Source: the human T2T-CHM13v2.0 reference genome, Homo sapiens
Reading direction: 5' to 3' (one strand)
NCBI RefSeq assembly: GCF_009914755.1
Contig: NC_060932.1
DNA: 64,000 nt
Position numbers and translations under genes: made by a program. How positions within the stretch are numbered: the first letter of the stretch is position 1; the number at the start of each line of letters is the position of its first letter. The notes under the pieces were generated by a model. The model saw nothing but the letters and a program-made list of their open reading frames with translations, made no database searches and was not told where the DNA came from. Shown one piece after another: positions 45,636 to 61,128 of this stretch.

Positions 45636-46720
45636 AGAAACAAAGAAAAATTCCATCAACCTGATAGTGGATAATACCAGATAATGTTATGCTGATTTAA
45701 TCCTTCCTACAGCTTGTCTCAGTTAATCAAATTATATGTCAGCCACCTGTTTTGTCATATTGCTGATTTATTAGAACAAGTAAATTAGATTCCTCATAAG
45801 ATTTTTAAATGATTATATTAAGATTTGTATAGATGCATTACTTAAATGCATGCTATATCTAGCTTGTTCATAGTTGCAAAATCAAATCAATATATTAAAG
45901 AGGCATCTTGACATTTTTGCCCAACATGTAAGTAGCTATCTTGAGTAATTTTCAAGTAATTTTAGTTTTCATTCTTCAATCCCACAGTTTGCCTCTTATA
46001 GGGAATCAATATCCCAGTCAGTGCTTTGATTATTTATTTATTTATGAGAAGTTAATTTATTTTTTATTGAATTTTGGATTCCCATGCTTATTTGTAAGGA
46101 TAATATCTATAACTATTTCAGACTTTGCTAAAGTACCAGATTGTCATTTCTGGAGTCCTCTGCATCCTTATTCTATATGGCCTGCATGCTATTTGACTGG
46201 GGACTGATTTTTATATAGCATGTTGATCTCACTTAGATTGTATAATTTAATTTTAGTTGTCATGCTTTTGTCAACTTTAATTTAAATTTTGGATATTTGT
46301 GGAGTTTAATGTTCTTATTGTGCATGATATAGGGATTGTTATATAAGTACTACTCTTACGGGAATTATTTGGGTAGACTGGACTACATTTTCTCTGGGTC
46401 TAAAGGGCATGGAAATGTAATTTGGTCTATGTTTTTCACCTTTCGTGTAAATGTATCCTAAAGGAAGTTTGTCTATCATCTAAGCATTAGGCTAAGCATT
46501 TTTGCATGGGGGTTTTGTGGTGGCGTTTAGTTTCATACATTCTAGGGTCTGAGAACAAGTTCTTGTCATAGCCATTGTTTCTATATTTGTCTGTAGCAAA
46601 TTATCTGAAACCTTTTTCATTGTTGCCAATCTTCCAAAATCAAGAGGTTCTTTTGCGGTATTATAAAGAAAAATGTTGCAAAGTGTCAAGTATTATTTAG
46701 TCAAATAATAGTATGTACAA

Positions 46721-47006
46721 GGCTGCCTGTGGTGGCTCACGCCTATAATCCAAGCACTGTGGAAGGCCGAGGTGGGTGGATCATCTGAGATCAGGAGTTT
46801 GAGACCAGCCTGGGAAACATGGCAAAACCCCATCTCTACTAAAAATACAGAAAATTCTCTGGGCACGGTGATGCATGCCTGTAGCCCCAGCTACTCAGGA
46901 GGCTGACGCAGAATTCCTTGAAACCAGGAGGTGGAGGTTTTAGTAAGCCGAGATCGTGCCATTGCACTCTAGCTTGGGTGACAGAGTGAGACTCTGTCTA
47001 AAAAAA
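46721..47006 (+). mobile_element. AluS-type SINE
   Basis: Sense Alu dimer with a short A tail. Confidence 0.95.
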
Positions 47007-47214
47007 CCCAATTATTTATTTCTTGATTCTCCTTTTTGTTTTTCCTTTTTATCAAGTCTCAAGTCTTCTTAATTAACTTTACTTTCTTAATGATTTTCTT
47101 GTAATCAGTTTGTTTTAAAAGAAAGCCACTAACATGTATACAATTAAGGATTTTGCTCTTAGTAGTCTCCTCTAATACTAGTTTGGGATTGTGTCCACTC
47201 AATATCAACATCTA

Positions 47215-47385
47215 ATAATAATTGTGTTCAATTATACCAGGCAGTATTCAAGGTGTATTACTCAGAGTAACTCACTTAATCCTCACAAACTCCAATGAGA
47301 CCTTTCCTTGTCTCATTTTACAGATTTGGAAACTGAAGCACAGAGAGCTTCAGGAACTTGCCTATAATTACACAGTTAGGAAGGA
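47215..47385 (-). mobile_element. MIR remnant
   Basis: taatcctcacaaac...cattttacagatttggaaactgaagcacagagag. Confidence 0.7.
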
Positions 47386-49570
47386 GTGCTCTTTGACAAT
47401 TTAATAATTTTAACAATGAGATGCAATTAATTCTTGTCATAGCCATTTTTCATTCACTAATGTTTAGAATGAATTAATCAAATGTCTGACTTCATAAAAC
47501 AAAATCTGAATGTATGATAGGATTACTAACACATATGGATGAAAAAAAATCATATACCCTAAAGAATCACCAGTATAGTCATTTTCTAAAGAATGACAAA
47601 TTCACTAGGTGCACCTGACAAATACCAATGCAGTTATCTTAAATTTTGATAAACTCTCTTAAATGGTAGATTAAAAAAAAATTCTTACTAAAAACATCCC
47701 CGTAGGTATACTCAGAATATTTAAGAGGAATTCTGATGTTTCTGAACTGGGTGACTATTTACCTGACATATCCAAGGACACAGGCCTCTCTTTTTTTTTT
47801 TTTTTTTTTTTTTGGTGAGGTGGAGGGGGAAGAGGAGGAAGTTAGTTACTGTTGTTTCAGATTCCTTTGTTTACTTCAACAAATAGAGTTGTGTTATTTT
47901 CTCTATATTTTACGTCTTCATATCATCACACCATTGCTCATTCATTTTAATGGTAGTGAAATAATTTCCCTAAATTGAAAATATATATACCACTTGACTT
48001 ACTGTGAATGAATAAAATGAGACTGATTTAAATGATTTATTTCATATATCTGGGTTTTCCATTAAATGCAAGACTACATATATGCTTGTGACTTCACATG
48101 GCCCTGCTTTGAAATGACACAAGCTCTGTAATAAATATTGAGGATGACAGAATCCATCTCCTCATCTCATTGAGAAATCTTTTAAAGAACTAGAGCATGA
48201 CAAACATTATTCTGAATTTCAGCTCTGACTCTTACTAGCTTCTAACCTTAAAGAAGTTAGGAAATGTACCTGAAATCTCTATTAGCAAATAAAATTTTAA
48301 AATACCCCGTTAAAGATTCTTGAAGGATGAAAATAATGTTTGTAAGAGCTAGACACTTAGTGCATGATACTTATTGTTAGCCCAATGCAGGGAGGTGCCA
48401 TGAACTCTTCCATATTTTTAAGCACAAATATTTTTAACTTTTATCAAGATGTGTGACAACTCAGAATTTGAGGGAGTTTGATGAAGTTATTTATCATTAC
48501 ATGGTGTTTTTAACCTCTTAAGTATTTCTTTATTACTAGCTAAATATTAAATTGATGGGTTGCAATCCAGTGCTGCCAAATTCTAATAATTTTTATACGT
48601 GATTCCAGGTCACTATCCCAAGGTGAAATTAAAAAAAAAAAAGATCTTTTGAGCCTTCCTGGTTCCTTCTGTTTCCTTTGGGGATTATGGAATTATTTCA
48701 ATTTTATTCAAAGATTATCACTGTTTTAATGTCAATGGGGAGGAATATATTTTGTTAAACCATCCTTTATTTCTCATAGTGAACACTGGACACGTTGGTG
48801 GGAGTTGTTCTGTGCTGAGAGCATAGCAATGAATACAGAGACAGCAGACCTGCCTTCACAGGTTGTATGTTCTGATGCAAGTGGCAACAACTTGAATGTC
48901 AATGAACTTTAGTGCTTTCTTTGATGGGCAAAGGGCAGAGCTATAAATGCTATCACCTTTTTTTCCTTTATATTTGGAAACATCCCATGGCCCACAAAAC
49001 ATTCCTCAAGTTTGTCTTTGGGTAGAGTGAATTCAGCTTTTTGCACATTTAGAAGCCACATTAAATATGTCTGTGGCAAAAAGTTTGGTGAAGTTGGCAA
49101 GAGATGAGTAATTATTTTCACACACATGTTAATTTCAATTTTAAAAAGTGTTTTATTTCTTTAAATTTAAAAAAAATGAGCACTTACACCACATGAGCAC
49201 ATTGGCTTTTTTTGTGGACGTTGCCTGCATCTTCTTTCCTGTTTTTCTATCTTCATGAAGTCAAGTGCAACTGAGGTGGTTTATTTTACTACTTGCATGT
49301 CAATGGAATGTGGATATCGGGGCTGTTGTATGTTCTGGATGGAAATGTGGTCCTGCTGCAATACAATAAATCTCATCATTACCCTATGTGACCACAAAAA
49401 GGGTGAACCAGAAAAATGCTAGGAAGTATGGAGTCTTCATAATACTAATCACTTACATTTGTACAAACTTAAAAATTTCAGAGGTTAGATATTGGCTGTA
49501 ATTTCCAAAGGCTCTGAGGTTAGGAATTCAGGTTTTTAAATTCACTGGAGAGTTAGGCCTTGTTTTAAAA

Positions 49571-50107
49571 TGTAGTTTTATTATTCAGATGTAGTGAGGC
49601 TGACAGATCAGGAGATTACTGCCATTGAAAAGACAGTTTGTTACTCACAGTTCCCTAGAAGAGGTGCCTGCTATGCCATGGGGGTCACATGGGGGAGCAC
49701 TTGGGTGAGTCTGGAGACAGAGACAAAAGGGGAGCTGTGGGCAAGAGTCTTTATTGTGGTTTGTCTGTGAAGGAATGGGTGAGGCAAAGTAAATGGGTTT
49801 AGGATGGACTAGATTGAGTAATTTCATTGGGTTTTGAGACAGCAGCTGCAGCTGTCCCTACTTGTCTGGTACCTCATCCTGGGGTAACTAGGGAAAGTAA
49901 ATGGTGTCCCAGAGCATAAAAGCCCAGTAAGGAATATGGTTGGAATGTGGGCTCTGGATTTGTTGGTTTGCAAATGGAAGGCTGCACACTCACAGCTGAA
50001 TCCTACTTCTAAGAGTTGGTGAAACCTAGAAAGAGAAGGGAAGTCCCTACTGTGTTAGCAAAGCCCTGGATATGAAAGCATTAGAATAAAAGGACACATT
50101 TAATACA
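49571..50107 (-). mobile_element. MER68-like ERVL solo LTR
   Basis: Reverse complement starts tgtattaa and contains tgcaaaccaacaaatccagagcccacattccaacc; TG...CA termini. Confidence 0.72.
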
Positions 50108-50461
50108 GGCCCAGGCACTTTATTCAATAAATATTTGTTAAATGAATCAATAAATAACGGATTTGCAAATCTTTATACTGTAGTCTTGCTAGTGTTTAAT
50201 CTTCATAGAAACAGTACTATTCTTTGAGTGACAGAGTGATAAAAAGTTTATTAAATGTGTAGAAGACTGCAAAGATTAAGAAGGATATCTTAAAAAATAG
50301 CAACCGGCAAAATAGCACCTCGTCATAGACTTTTATTTGCATTTGAATTTCTGAAATTCAATTCTCTGTGAAAGATTTGCTTGACAACTTTCTTTAATTA
50401 TTGATTCCTCCTTTATTTTGTAAAACTTTCTTTTCATTAAATCTATAACCTCCAGAATGGG

Positions 50462-50474
50462 GATAGAGAGATAG

Positions 50475-50505
<31 letters not shown>

Positions 50506-50558
50506 GATAGAGATATATATGTATGTGCACATATATACATATATATATACATATATAT
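50462..50558. repeat. (GATA)n followed by a (TA/CA)n tract
   Basis: Seen directly. Confidence 0.93.
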
Positions 50559-52632
50559 GGCTCTCTGTGACAGTAACTATCTGGAAAAGTAGGAAAAAGT
50601 ACTGTGTTTAAAATTTTTTAAACTAACACATAATAATTTTACATATCTGTGGGATACATAGTGATGTGGTGATGCATATAATTACGGTAATGAGATCAGA
50701 ATAATTAGCATGTTGTGCTTTTTTAAAATGGCAATTTTATATAATTGTATAAAACTTCACATATATTTAACATTTTTCCTGGGGGAAATAATAAAGGAAT
50801 ATATAAGCATAATCATGGGCTCAGGGATTTTATAAATACCCATGTTAAGGGAGGACTTGGAACCTGAAAAGTTTACATTGGAGAAAACATTGCAGAATGG
50901 CAGAGTGAAGATCTTGGTTAACTCAGTTTTCCTCTAACTCAATGTTAATGTGAAACATCAAAAATACAACAAGACAACTAAATAACCCATTTTTGATCTC
51001 AGAAAAATAACCAAAGCCACAGAATGTACTGAGGAGAACCTATTCAAAAGAAAGTACTAAACTACAGTATGACAGCAGGCCCGGTGATGTTTTAAGTTGG
51101 TGCTATCCCCATCCTTTCCACCACACACAGCAGCTCAGTGGCACAGTAGCCAAAGGCTAAGAGCATTGCAGACAGCAGACAGATGTGACCATTTTTGGAG
51201 CTTCACTAAAAATACTATCCCCAGAGCACAGTCAATATTTTGTCCAAATCTGTAGCTCCCTGTGAAATCTCTGAGTGTGTTAGCTATTTGATTTGACCCA
51301 CAGCTCAACTCAGGCAGGACAAATACAAAATGTGCACCCCACATTATTACAGAAACAATAGAAAACTGCTGATAACATTTTAGTCACCTAGGGCTGTGAT
51401 TTTAGTTGGGAAAACGGAGCCTGGCTGAGAATTTAAAAGGAAATTCTAAGATCTACACAATGATAAGGACTACCAAAAAGCTCTGAAATACTCCTGGGTA
51501 TCTAAACTGATGCAAAGCCATGTGCATGACTAAGAAAGATCTTAGAAGAAGCCACCAGCTACTCACTGACCTTACGGTCCTCCCTAAGCAGGAAGTGAAG
51601 GCTAGTCTGTCTTGTAATACGCTGCCTGAAGTTGGAAGACATGGACTCACATACAGATCCCCACGGCAAAGGATAGAGGATCTATAGGCAAGCAATGTAG
51701 GGAAAACTTCTAAACAATAGTTATACACTAAATTATAATGTTTAAGGTGTGACTCCTAGGAAAGCAGACTTTAAAACAGTAAAAAGAACTTTAAAAAAAT
51801 GTCAGAAGAGATCTCAGTGGCCACACACAGCAGGAAATACGTAATCTATAGAATTATTCCAGTAAAGCTTCTAAACAAATAAGGAATATAAAAGAAAAAA
51901 CAGCTACAAGACACGTTAAGGGGAAAGGTATGGAAGAAATTATATTATCTAAATTGTCCAGTTTTCAACAAAAACTCATGAGCATGCAAAGAAGTAGAAA
52001 AGTATACCACATGCACAGAAAAAAAAAAAGCCAACAAAAAATGTCCTACAGAAGCCCAGATTTTGAATTTAGTAGGGGAACAATTTAAGTCAGTGAACCT
52101 ACATGCATACAAAACTGAGGGAAACCATGTTGAAATAATTAAAGCAAAATATAAAAACAATGTCTCACACAACAGAGAATATCAAGAAAGAGATCAAAAT
52201 AATAATTTTGGAAAGATCACAGAAATTTTGGTGATGTAAAGCAAAATATTTGGAATAAGAAATCCACCAGAGGATTTAAACAACAGATTTGAATAGGAGG
52301 AAGAGAGAATCAGGTAACTTGATGATAGGTCAATAGAGATTATGTAGTTTCAGAAAGAGAGTGGAAAAACAATGAAGAAACATGAACAAAGCCTCAGAGA
52401 AAAGTGAGACACTATCAAGCATAATAGGTGTATACAGACATTCACAGAAGGAGAAGAGAAAGAGAAACAGACAAATTATTTGAGGAAATAATGGCTAACA
52501 ATTTTCCAAATTTGTGTAAAAAAATGTTAATGTACACATTCAAGATACTCAACAATCTCCAAGTAGAATAAGCTCAAAGAGATCCAGCCCTAGACACATC
52601 AAAAGTGACTTACGCACAAGGGAGCCTTAATA

Positions 52633-53888
52633 TCAGTTTAGTGCAAAAGTAATTGTGGTTTCAGATGGTGAATTTTAAATTACTATACCTAGGCTCAAAC
52701 ACATCTTTATTAATCAAAATAGGAACCATTACAATCAACACATTGTTGCCAATGACAAGTCAGTTTGTTTATTCCTGTAGCATAAAAATCTGTGCTTTGG
52801 AATTTGATGAACTCTTGGAAAACATTCTCTGCAAAAAAATGGTTGGGCTGCTTGAAGAAGTTGTAGTCGGTTGGCAAGAGGTCAGGTGAATATGGCAGAT
52901 GAAGCAAAACTTCATAGCCTAATTCATTCAACTTTTGAAGCATTGGTTGTGCGACATGCAGTTGGGTGTTGTTGTGGAGAAGAATTGGGCCCTTTCTGTT
53001 GATGAATGTCAGCTGCAGGCCTTGCAGTTTTCAGTGCATCACATTGATTTGCTGGGCATACTACTCAGATGTAATGGTTTCACAGGGATTCAGAAAGCTG
53101 TAGTGGATCAGACTGTCAGCAGACTACCAAACAGTTACCATGATCTTCTTTTCGTGCAAGTTTGGCCTTGGGGAGTGCTTTGAAGCTTCTTCTCAATGCA
53201 ACCACTGAGCTGGTAGTCACCAGTTTTCATATAAAATCCACTTTTCATCACATGTCACAATCTGATAGAGAAATGGTTTGTTGTTGTTGCATAGAATAAG
53301 ACAAGATGCCATTTCAAAATGATATTTTTTAAAATTTTTCACTCAGCTCATGAGGCACCCACTTATCAAGCTTTTTCACCTTTCCAATTTGCTTCAAATG
53401 CCAAAGGACCATAGAGTGGTCAACGTTGAGTTCCTTGGCAACTTCTTGTATAGTTGTAAGGGGACAACTTAGATGATTGCTCTCATTTAGTCATTGTCAA
53501 CTTCTGATGGCCAGCCACTATGTTCATCACCTTCAAGGCTCTTGTCTCCTTTGCAAAGCTTCTTGAACCACCACTGCACTGTATGTTCATTAGCAGTTTC
53601 TCAGCCAAATGCATTGTTGATGATGCAAGTTGTCTCTGCTGATTTATAACCCATTTTGAACTTGAATAAGAAAATTGCTTGAATTTGCTTTTTGTCTAAC
53701 ATAATTTCTGTAGTCTAAAATAAACATAAAATAAACAGAAAGTAATAAGTCATTAGCAAAATAACATAAAGTGAGAAATGTCCATTAAAATGATGTATAA
53801 CAAACCACATTTATTTAAGAATGTATTCCAATATCAAACAGCAAATTCCACCAATACAAAAAAAATGCAATGAGTTTGCACCAACTAA
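52633..53888 (-). mobile_element. Hsmar1 mariner DNA transposon, near full length
   Basis: Degenerate TIRs (tcagtttagtgcaaaagtaattgtgg ... tgcaatgagtttgcaccaactaa), TA on both sides, about 1.26 kb, with internal transposase homology. Confidence 0.95.
52710..53711 (-). pseudogene. Hsmar1 transposase pseudogene
   Basis: N-terminus MLDKKQIQAIFLFKFKMG then an early TGA; C-terminus PYSPDLLPTDY...YATGINKL...CVDCNGSYFD. The first ATG reads ACA. Confidence 0.93.
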
Positions 53889-56800
53889 TAAGACTAACAA
53901 CTGACTTCACGTCAGAAACCAAGGAAGCTGGAAGGCAGTGAGATGACATAGTTAAAGTTGTGGCAGAAAAGGGCTGTCAACTGAGAACTCCATCTACCTC
54001 AACTCATATTCAACAACAAAAAGAAAATTAAACATTCCAGAAAACAAAAACTGAGAGACTAATACAATTAATATTAAAGTGAATCTTTCAAACTGAAATG
54101 CAAGGACAGTATATGGTTTCTCAAATACAAACTAAGAAATAAAGAACACCAGGAAATGTTACTACATTGTCCTTAGGTCAATATCTTTCTGTTTGTTACT
54201 CATTTCTTGTTCTATCTCTTTTAAATACAATTGTATAAGCAATAATTATAAAATTATTTGATAGCTTAACAAAAAATATAGAAAGAGAAAAAGGGAATTT
54301 TAAAACTATGTTAGAAAATAATCTATTTAACAATCACAAAAGACAGGAATGGATGAATAAAGAAATTTTTAAAAATAAGGCACATAGAAAACAAATAGCA
54401 AATAACAGATGCAAATCCTACTTCATCTGTAAATAAACTAAATTGAATAATTAAACATCCCAAATTGAAGGTGGATATTGAAAGAATGGATAAAAAATAA
54501 ATATGATCCAATAATATGCTGTTTACAAGGACACATTTTTCATGGAAAGACACAAATAAGTTGAAAATAAACAAATGGAAAAGATATACAAGGCAAGATT
54601 GAATCAAGATGGAGATGGAATAGCAATATCAGGCAACATAGACTTTAAGATAAAATGTTATAAGAGTCAAAAAAAGCATACGTTATAATGATGAGTCAAA
54701 AAATGGAAGATATATGATTATAAACATATATGCACCTACAAATAAGGCCTCAAATTTAATGAAGCAAAAACTGACAGAATTAAAGACAGAGAGAAAGACA
54801 GAGAGAACTAAACAATTTATTTGACGATTCAATACCCACTTTCAATAATGGATAAAACATCTACGCAGAAGATAAAAAAGAAAACAGAAGACTTGAACAA
54901 CACTATGAAAAAAGGTCTAGCAGATATCTAAATAACTCAGCACTTAATCACAGCAGAATGTAGCATTTTCTCAAGTGCACATGGAACAATAAAAAATACA
55001 AAAATTTGAAAGAAATTAAATGATTTCTAAATAAATAGACAGAAAATCCATGTCCATCAATCATAAGACTTAACATTACTAAGCTGGCAATATACCTTGC
55101 ATTAATCTACAGATCCTACATAATCCCTGTAAAAATCCTAGCAAGTGTTTTGCATAAATTTTTATGATGCTTATAAAATTTGTATGGAAAGATAATGATT
55201 CAGAATAGTAAAAACAAGCTTGAGGAAGAATATTTATGGAGGTCTCACCTTTCCCAATGTCAAAACCTATTTTAAGCTTCAGTAATAAAGACACTGAGGT
55301 ATTGGCATATGGATAGAAGTATAGATCACTTCAGAAGTAAGACTTTACATTTACACTCAACTAATTTATGACAACAGTGCCAAGATCATTCAATGGAGAG
55401 GGAAAATTCTTGTTAACAAATGTTCCTGGGACAACTGGATATGCAAAGAATGAGTTTTGACCTCTACCTCACACCTTACTCAAAAATCCACACAAAATGG
55501 ACTGTAGACATGAATGTAAGATCTAAAGTAATAAAACTAGAAAAAGACATAAGAGTAAACGTTCTTGACTATGTGTTAGGCAATGTTTTTGCTGTTGTTG
55601 TTTCGCTTTTTACTTATGATATCAAAAGCAAAAAAGATAGATAAAATGGACATTATCAAATTAAAAACTTGTGTATCAAAGAGCACCAAGAAAGTGAGAA
55701 AACAATGCATAGAACATAAGAATATGTTAATACATCATATATATGGATCTAGATAAATTAGATAAATGCAAATTAAAGCCACAGTTTTGCTTCACACTCA
55801 CTAAGATGGTTATAAACAAAGAAACAAAAAATAACAAGTGTTGGCCAAGATGTGGAGACATTGGATCCTTTGTACATTGCTGCTGAAAACTGGTGCAAGC
55901 CACTGTGAAAACAATTTGGCAGTTCCTCAAAAAATTAAACATAGAATTGTTATATGATCCAGCAAATCTACTCCTAGGTATATACCCAAGGGAAATAAAA
56001 TAATATCCTAGCAAAAATAGAGATAGAAAGTAGACTAGAAGTTGACAAAGCTGGGTCTGGGGAAGGGTCAAGGAAAAGAAGAGAAGATGAATGATTGCTA
56101 ATACGTGTGGGAATTATTTTGTAATTGATGAGAAAGGTCCCAAAATTCTATTACAATAAAGGCTGAACAACACTGTAAATATACTAAGATGGAAGTGAAT
56201 ATTTTAAATGGATGGATTTTATAGTATGTGAAATGTGTCTCAGTAAAGCTGCAGAAAAATTTTCATTGTCTTTCTGATAGATTTGAAGAAAATGATGTAA
56301 GTTCTTTTACTTGGTAAGACGTTCAGTCTTGAGAGTGGTTTTCAGGGACAGACTTATAAACAGAAAATACAAACGAGTGTGCATAGGTTCCTGCAATGTA
56401 TTAAATTACCTTAAGATGGATAAAGAACAGTGTATTAGTTGAGTGAAATCCAAAGAAGCTCTTTTTACACTTCCCCCTTGTTCTTAATAAAGTCTCTTAG
56501 TTTATCTTGCTTTCTGTATCTATCTATGAAAAATTTATCTGAACTATTAATGCATCTGTTCATCATACACTCATGTGCCCATTCATTCATGTATCCATGC
56601 ATGGGTTCTTTCAATTCACTTTAAGAACCTCTTAATTCAAAGAAAGAGACCTGATAAAACTGATTCATACATTCTGTGAAAACATAAACAAAATCAAATA
56701 ACCCCCCAAAGACACAAGGAAATGTTAAGAGTAGAGAGTAATATGATAATGAGGAAATGACTGTAGGCATATGAGATTGGAATACAATTGTACAAACTAG

Positions 56801-58657
56801 TGTTTGCATAGCTGTTGTCTATGCTGAGGTCCTGCTGGGTGTGAAACATCATAAGCAGTGCTATCATGCATGTCAAGAGACATAAGAGTGTCCTCTAAAC
56901 AGAGGTGTTATTTTATCCCACTTGTCAAACTGAGAGGCTGTGAAAATATTGTAATCTTTCCAAAGTTATTAAGACACTAAAACAGATGGCAATTTGACAG
57001 CAGAATCCATGACCACTTCTATTGTTAACCTTTAGAAAAAAAATCAGGAACTAATTGAGCCTTTTGTGCCACTATACTCTATCTTCAGCATGGGATTCCC
57101 CATTTACATTGTGTATTAAACAGCACCTGGAATGGTTATTTCTTACTGAGCATTGACAAATCTGGAATCCTAAAGGAAAATGTTTTGCTTTGATGTAAAG
57201 CTCTTCCCCTCCTCCTCTTTTATCTTGTATTACTTGTTTTTTCATTTAATTAGAGAAGATAACGCTTCCCTCAGTACAGAGTGAATAATAAGCCTTTACT
57301 TTCTTGGGATTGGTTTTGACATATTTACACAAGGTCTTAGATGGGAGACACAGACAAGGCTTCCTACACAGCTGCCAGGCTGCTATTCATCTCTCTTTAA
57401 AATCATTGGTTTTAATGCAAGCACAGCCAAGCCAAGTTTATTAATTACCTTTGTGAATAGTAAACTTTATATGTACAATGCAATCATTTAGGAGATAATA
57501 AAGTTTCAATTGCATTCTCTTTGAAATATATTTTATCTGTAAAATATTTTCTTCTTATAATAATGATTGTCTAATTCATTTAGGCACATCATTAATCTGC
57601 ATGGATTTTATTGTTGTTTGATTGGTTTTGATACACACACATCTTTTTACAAAGGGGCTATTTATTGGAGAGCAGATGGTGAAAATGCATAGACTACACC
57701 CCTGCATAGATTGATGATTTGTAATCTGAGAAGCTATGATAGGGAGGAGAGTGAAAATGCTTTTATTCTCAGGTTATAAATGGACGATCCAATGCACCTT
57801 GGATTTTTTACTTTATGTAGGACAAAAAGGCATTATTTACTTATGTAGTTGATATGCCCATAGATTCTAAGAAATCTGATGGGAAAATGAAAAACTCCAT
57901 TATAAATGGATTCTTCATCCTAATCTAACATTTTAGATATGGGCAATCTAGAGTTTCTCAAATTGCAATCTACAGGCCTGCTACCTCAGAATCCTTTTAG
58001 CCATTGATATGACTAGGGGCTACTCTTAATCTACTGTGATGAATATCTTTGGTTGGGCAGAGGAGGTGGCATTTGAACCACAGTTCCAGGTATTGCTTTT
58101 GCCCACAAAAGCCTGAGTACTCCTAAGGTTTTTCTGTGGGTGTTCACCAGAGCTAATCCCACTCAATAAAACTGGCTCTGGCAAATTTCCATGATTCCAG
58201 AGTTGATTTTCAAATGAAAGAGCTATAAGTTATATCTATAATCTTCCAACATGACTTCCTCAATTGTATCTACATTGTCATTGTTTCTCACCACCTTTAT
58301 TTGAATCCTGTCAATTTTACTCTTGTTTGTTTTGCTGTCTGTTGTCACAGCTGGTACAGATTCTAGTTTATCCTTTCCAGATTTGAAACTTCTCTTACTT
58401 TCTCCCACTAATACCATATATATGGTCAATGGCTCATTTCCTCAAATCCTTGTTAGATTATAATATTTAATTTGATGAATTCATTTCTCCCATGAGTTAA
58501 TTAAGCTAATGAAATTTTCTGTATGTATTAACTAACATGAGAACTCTGGGAACTCTAGTGGGTCTGGAGGGTCAATCCTGTATCATGGTGCTGATCAGTT
58601 ATGTGGTTTCATGATCACAAATAACCCTTATCAAGCATCTTCTGCTGGACACTGTAT

Positions 58658-59003
<346 letters not shown>

Positions 59004-60964
59004 TGCATAGTTATTTCTTTAAAGACATTTCATTCTAAATAGCAACACAGTAATTCAAAAATTCAGCATACACCTAAGAATACATCATAATGTAAAGAAC
59101 ACATTGGTATAGCAAGTATATGAGACCAAGCTCCATCACTTTCTTGTTGTGTCATTTTTAACAAGACATAGAATGAATGGGATTCAGAAATGGGGGAAAT
59201 AACATCCCTGTGATGGAGACAATAACAATGTCTCGAGACTGCTCTGTAGATAAATGAGATAATAATGCCTATAAATGCTGTAATAGATATTTGTGCAAAA
59301 TGCTTTGTGTTATGGGGGTAAAATGATCACTGATGCCTTGAGATGGAGTGGAGAAGGATCCAGCAAGGCTTGAGAAGGCAGCTAGACTGGAGTCCGATGC
59401 TGCCAGTGAAGTAATGTCAACACACTAGTAGGACAGATGATGGAAAGCAAGTGCTATCTAATCCTGGGATTCCAGGGAAAGTAGAAGAGGCAGATTATTA
59501 AACCAATGAGAGCTTCAGATCCTCCCTAGCACTGATAAATTTCCTTGAAGGAGACCTGAACCTTGGTCAATGTCTTAAATTTGTAATAAATTAAATTGGA
59601 TGAAAGTGGATTTAATTAAGTGGAATACAGTGGTAGCCTAGCAGTTTGTTTGTTTTGTTCTTTCGTTCATCTGCCTGCTCAGGACTGCTTACTGTCTGTG
59701 TTTTCAGGAGGCACTGAGCTGCCAGAGCATACATGGATTAGGAAATAGTGTCCATGTTGCCTCTGTTCCCACTGGGCTCAAACCCAAAATGCACAGTTCT
59801 TGGTTAAGTGAAGGGTTGAGGGTGTGGACCTTGACTTTTTATTTAATCTCATACAGTACACATGTTGGTTTGGGGCAAAGAAGTTTCTGGTTCTCCATGT
59901 TAGGAGAGTGTTTCAAAATTATCCTAATAGGAGTTAAATAGACAATTAGAGTTATTTCAGTGGCAAACAAACAAAAACAAAAACAAAAAATGTACAAACA
60001 ACTAAGTTAGTTAATGTTTTCTGTGAATATACGATAGGAAAACTATGTCAACACCAGTCTGAGAAATCCGGTCCCCAAGGGGAGATCAACAAGGTTGGCA
60101 GTGGATGGATGGTGAAGTGGAAGTCCTTTCAGGCTCTGGAAGAACAGAGTTTGTTTGATATCCATCGACAGGGAGCCTGTGGAGAGGGACAGATGGAAGA
60201 GACGGGAAGGAAGCAGTGCATGTTTTGAGTTAAAGCGGTGATATTAACAATCAGAATTGGAGTAAGCTAGTATTCCATTACCTCATCATTTTCTCCAGAA
60301 GAGCACATTGGTTACATGGCCCAAGTTTGGGGAGACTCATAGCTATGGATTTGAATAAAGAGGCATGCAGAGAAGAGATATTTTAATCCTCATCAAGAAG
60401 GGCAGATTTATAAATTTAAAAGAAGTCAACTGGCACTTAAAATGGCATTATTTTATTGATAACTTTCCAATCACAGTAGAACTTATTCTCCTTAAGGCGA
60501 TCAGTATGAGGTTCAGAGGGTAAAAGCTAAAGCCTGTTGTCCTTAAAAAGTTTATTCATGTATGCAAATATGAGTTTCTGAAAATTTCATGCCATTCCTG
60601 AAATTTTAGTAGGCTGTTAAGGATGATTTTCTTAGCTTTTTGACAGTAAAACACTTGGGAACCTCTTTCCTGGTCTTTTACAACAACCACCACATCTTTC
60701 AAAGACTCCTGCTGCCCCAGTATGAAGCAAATGCAGTTTCCCTTTTTTCCAATATATTTAGTAAGTCAATCTTCACTAAAAGAAAGGAATGAATGGCAAT
60801 TATAATAACAAAAATGTCTCAGGTTTCATGAAATGTAAATAATGATTGACATGAAACAGGAGCCTCCATCAAGGGTCTTTGTGCCTGAGGCCTTCTGACC
60901 ATCAACCATGAGCATTGTTGTGAGTCCATAGGGTTTTGGCCTCATAACCATGGGATTTCAGGCT

Positions 60965-61128
60965 CTGGGCCCAGAATCACATGGAGAGTTCACTAAAATA
61001 AACCATTGCTAGGCTTTACTGTCAGAGTTTCTGATTCAGTAGCTCCAGGATGGGAACCAAATTTGATTTTCTAGTAAGTTCCCAGGTGATGGCAATGCAG
61101 TTGGTTGAGGGATCATACACAGAGAACA
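60965..61128. mobile_element. MER5A-like hAT-Charlie MITE
   Basis: cagaatcac...cagagtttctgattcagtag...aagttcccaggtgatg. Confidence 0.75.

Larger units (their letters stand above)
50890..56258 (+). mobile_element. Old L1M, internally deleted, split by Hsmar1
   Basis: 5' region, ORF1-like sequence (52200-54100), ORF2 endonuclease-like sequence (54400-54985), a jump to distal ORF2, then the 3' end tctcagtaaagctg. Confidence 0.78.
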
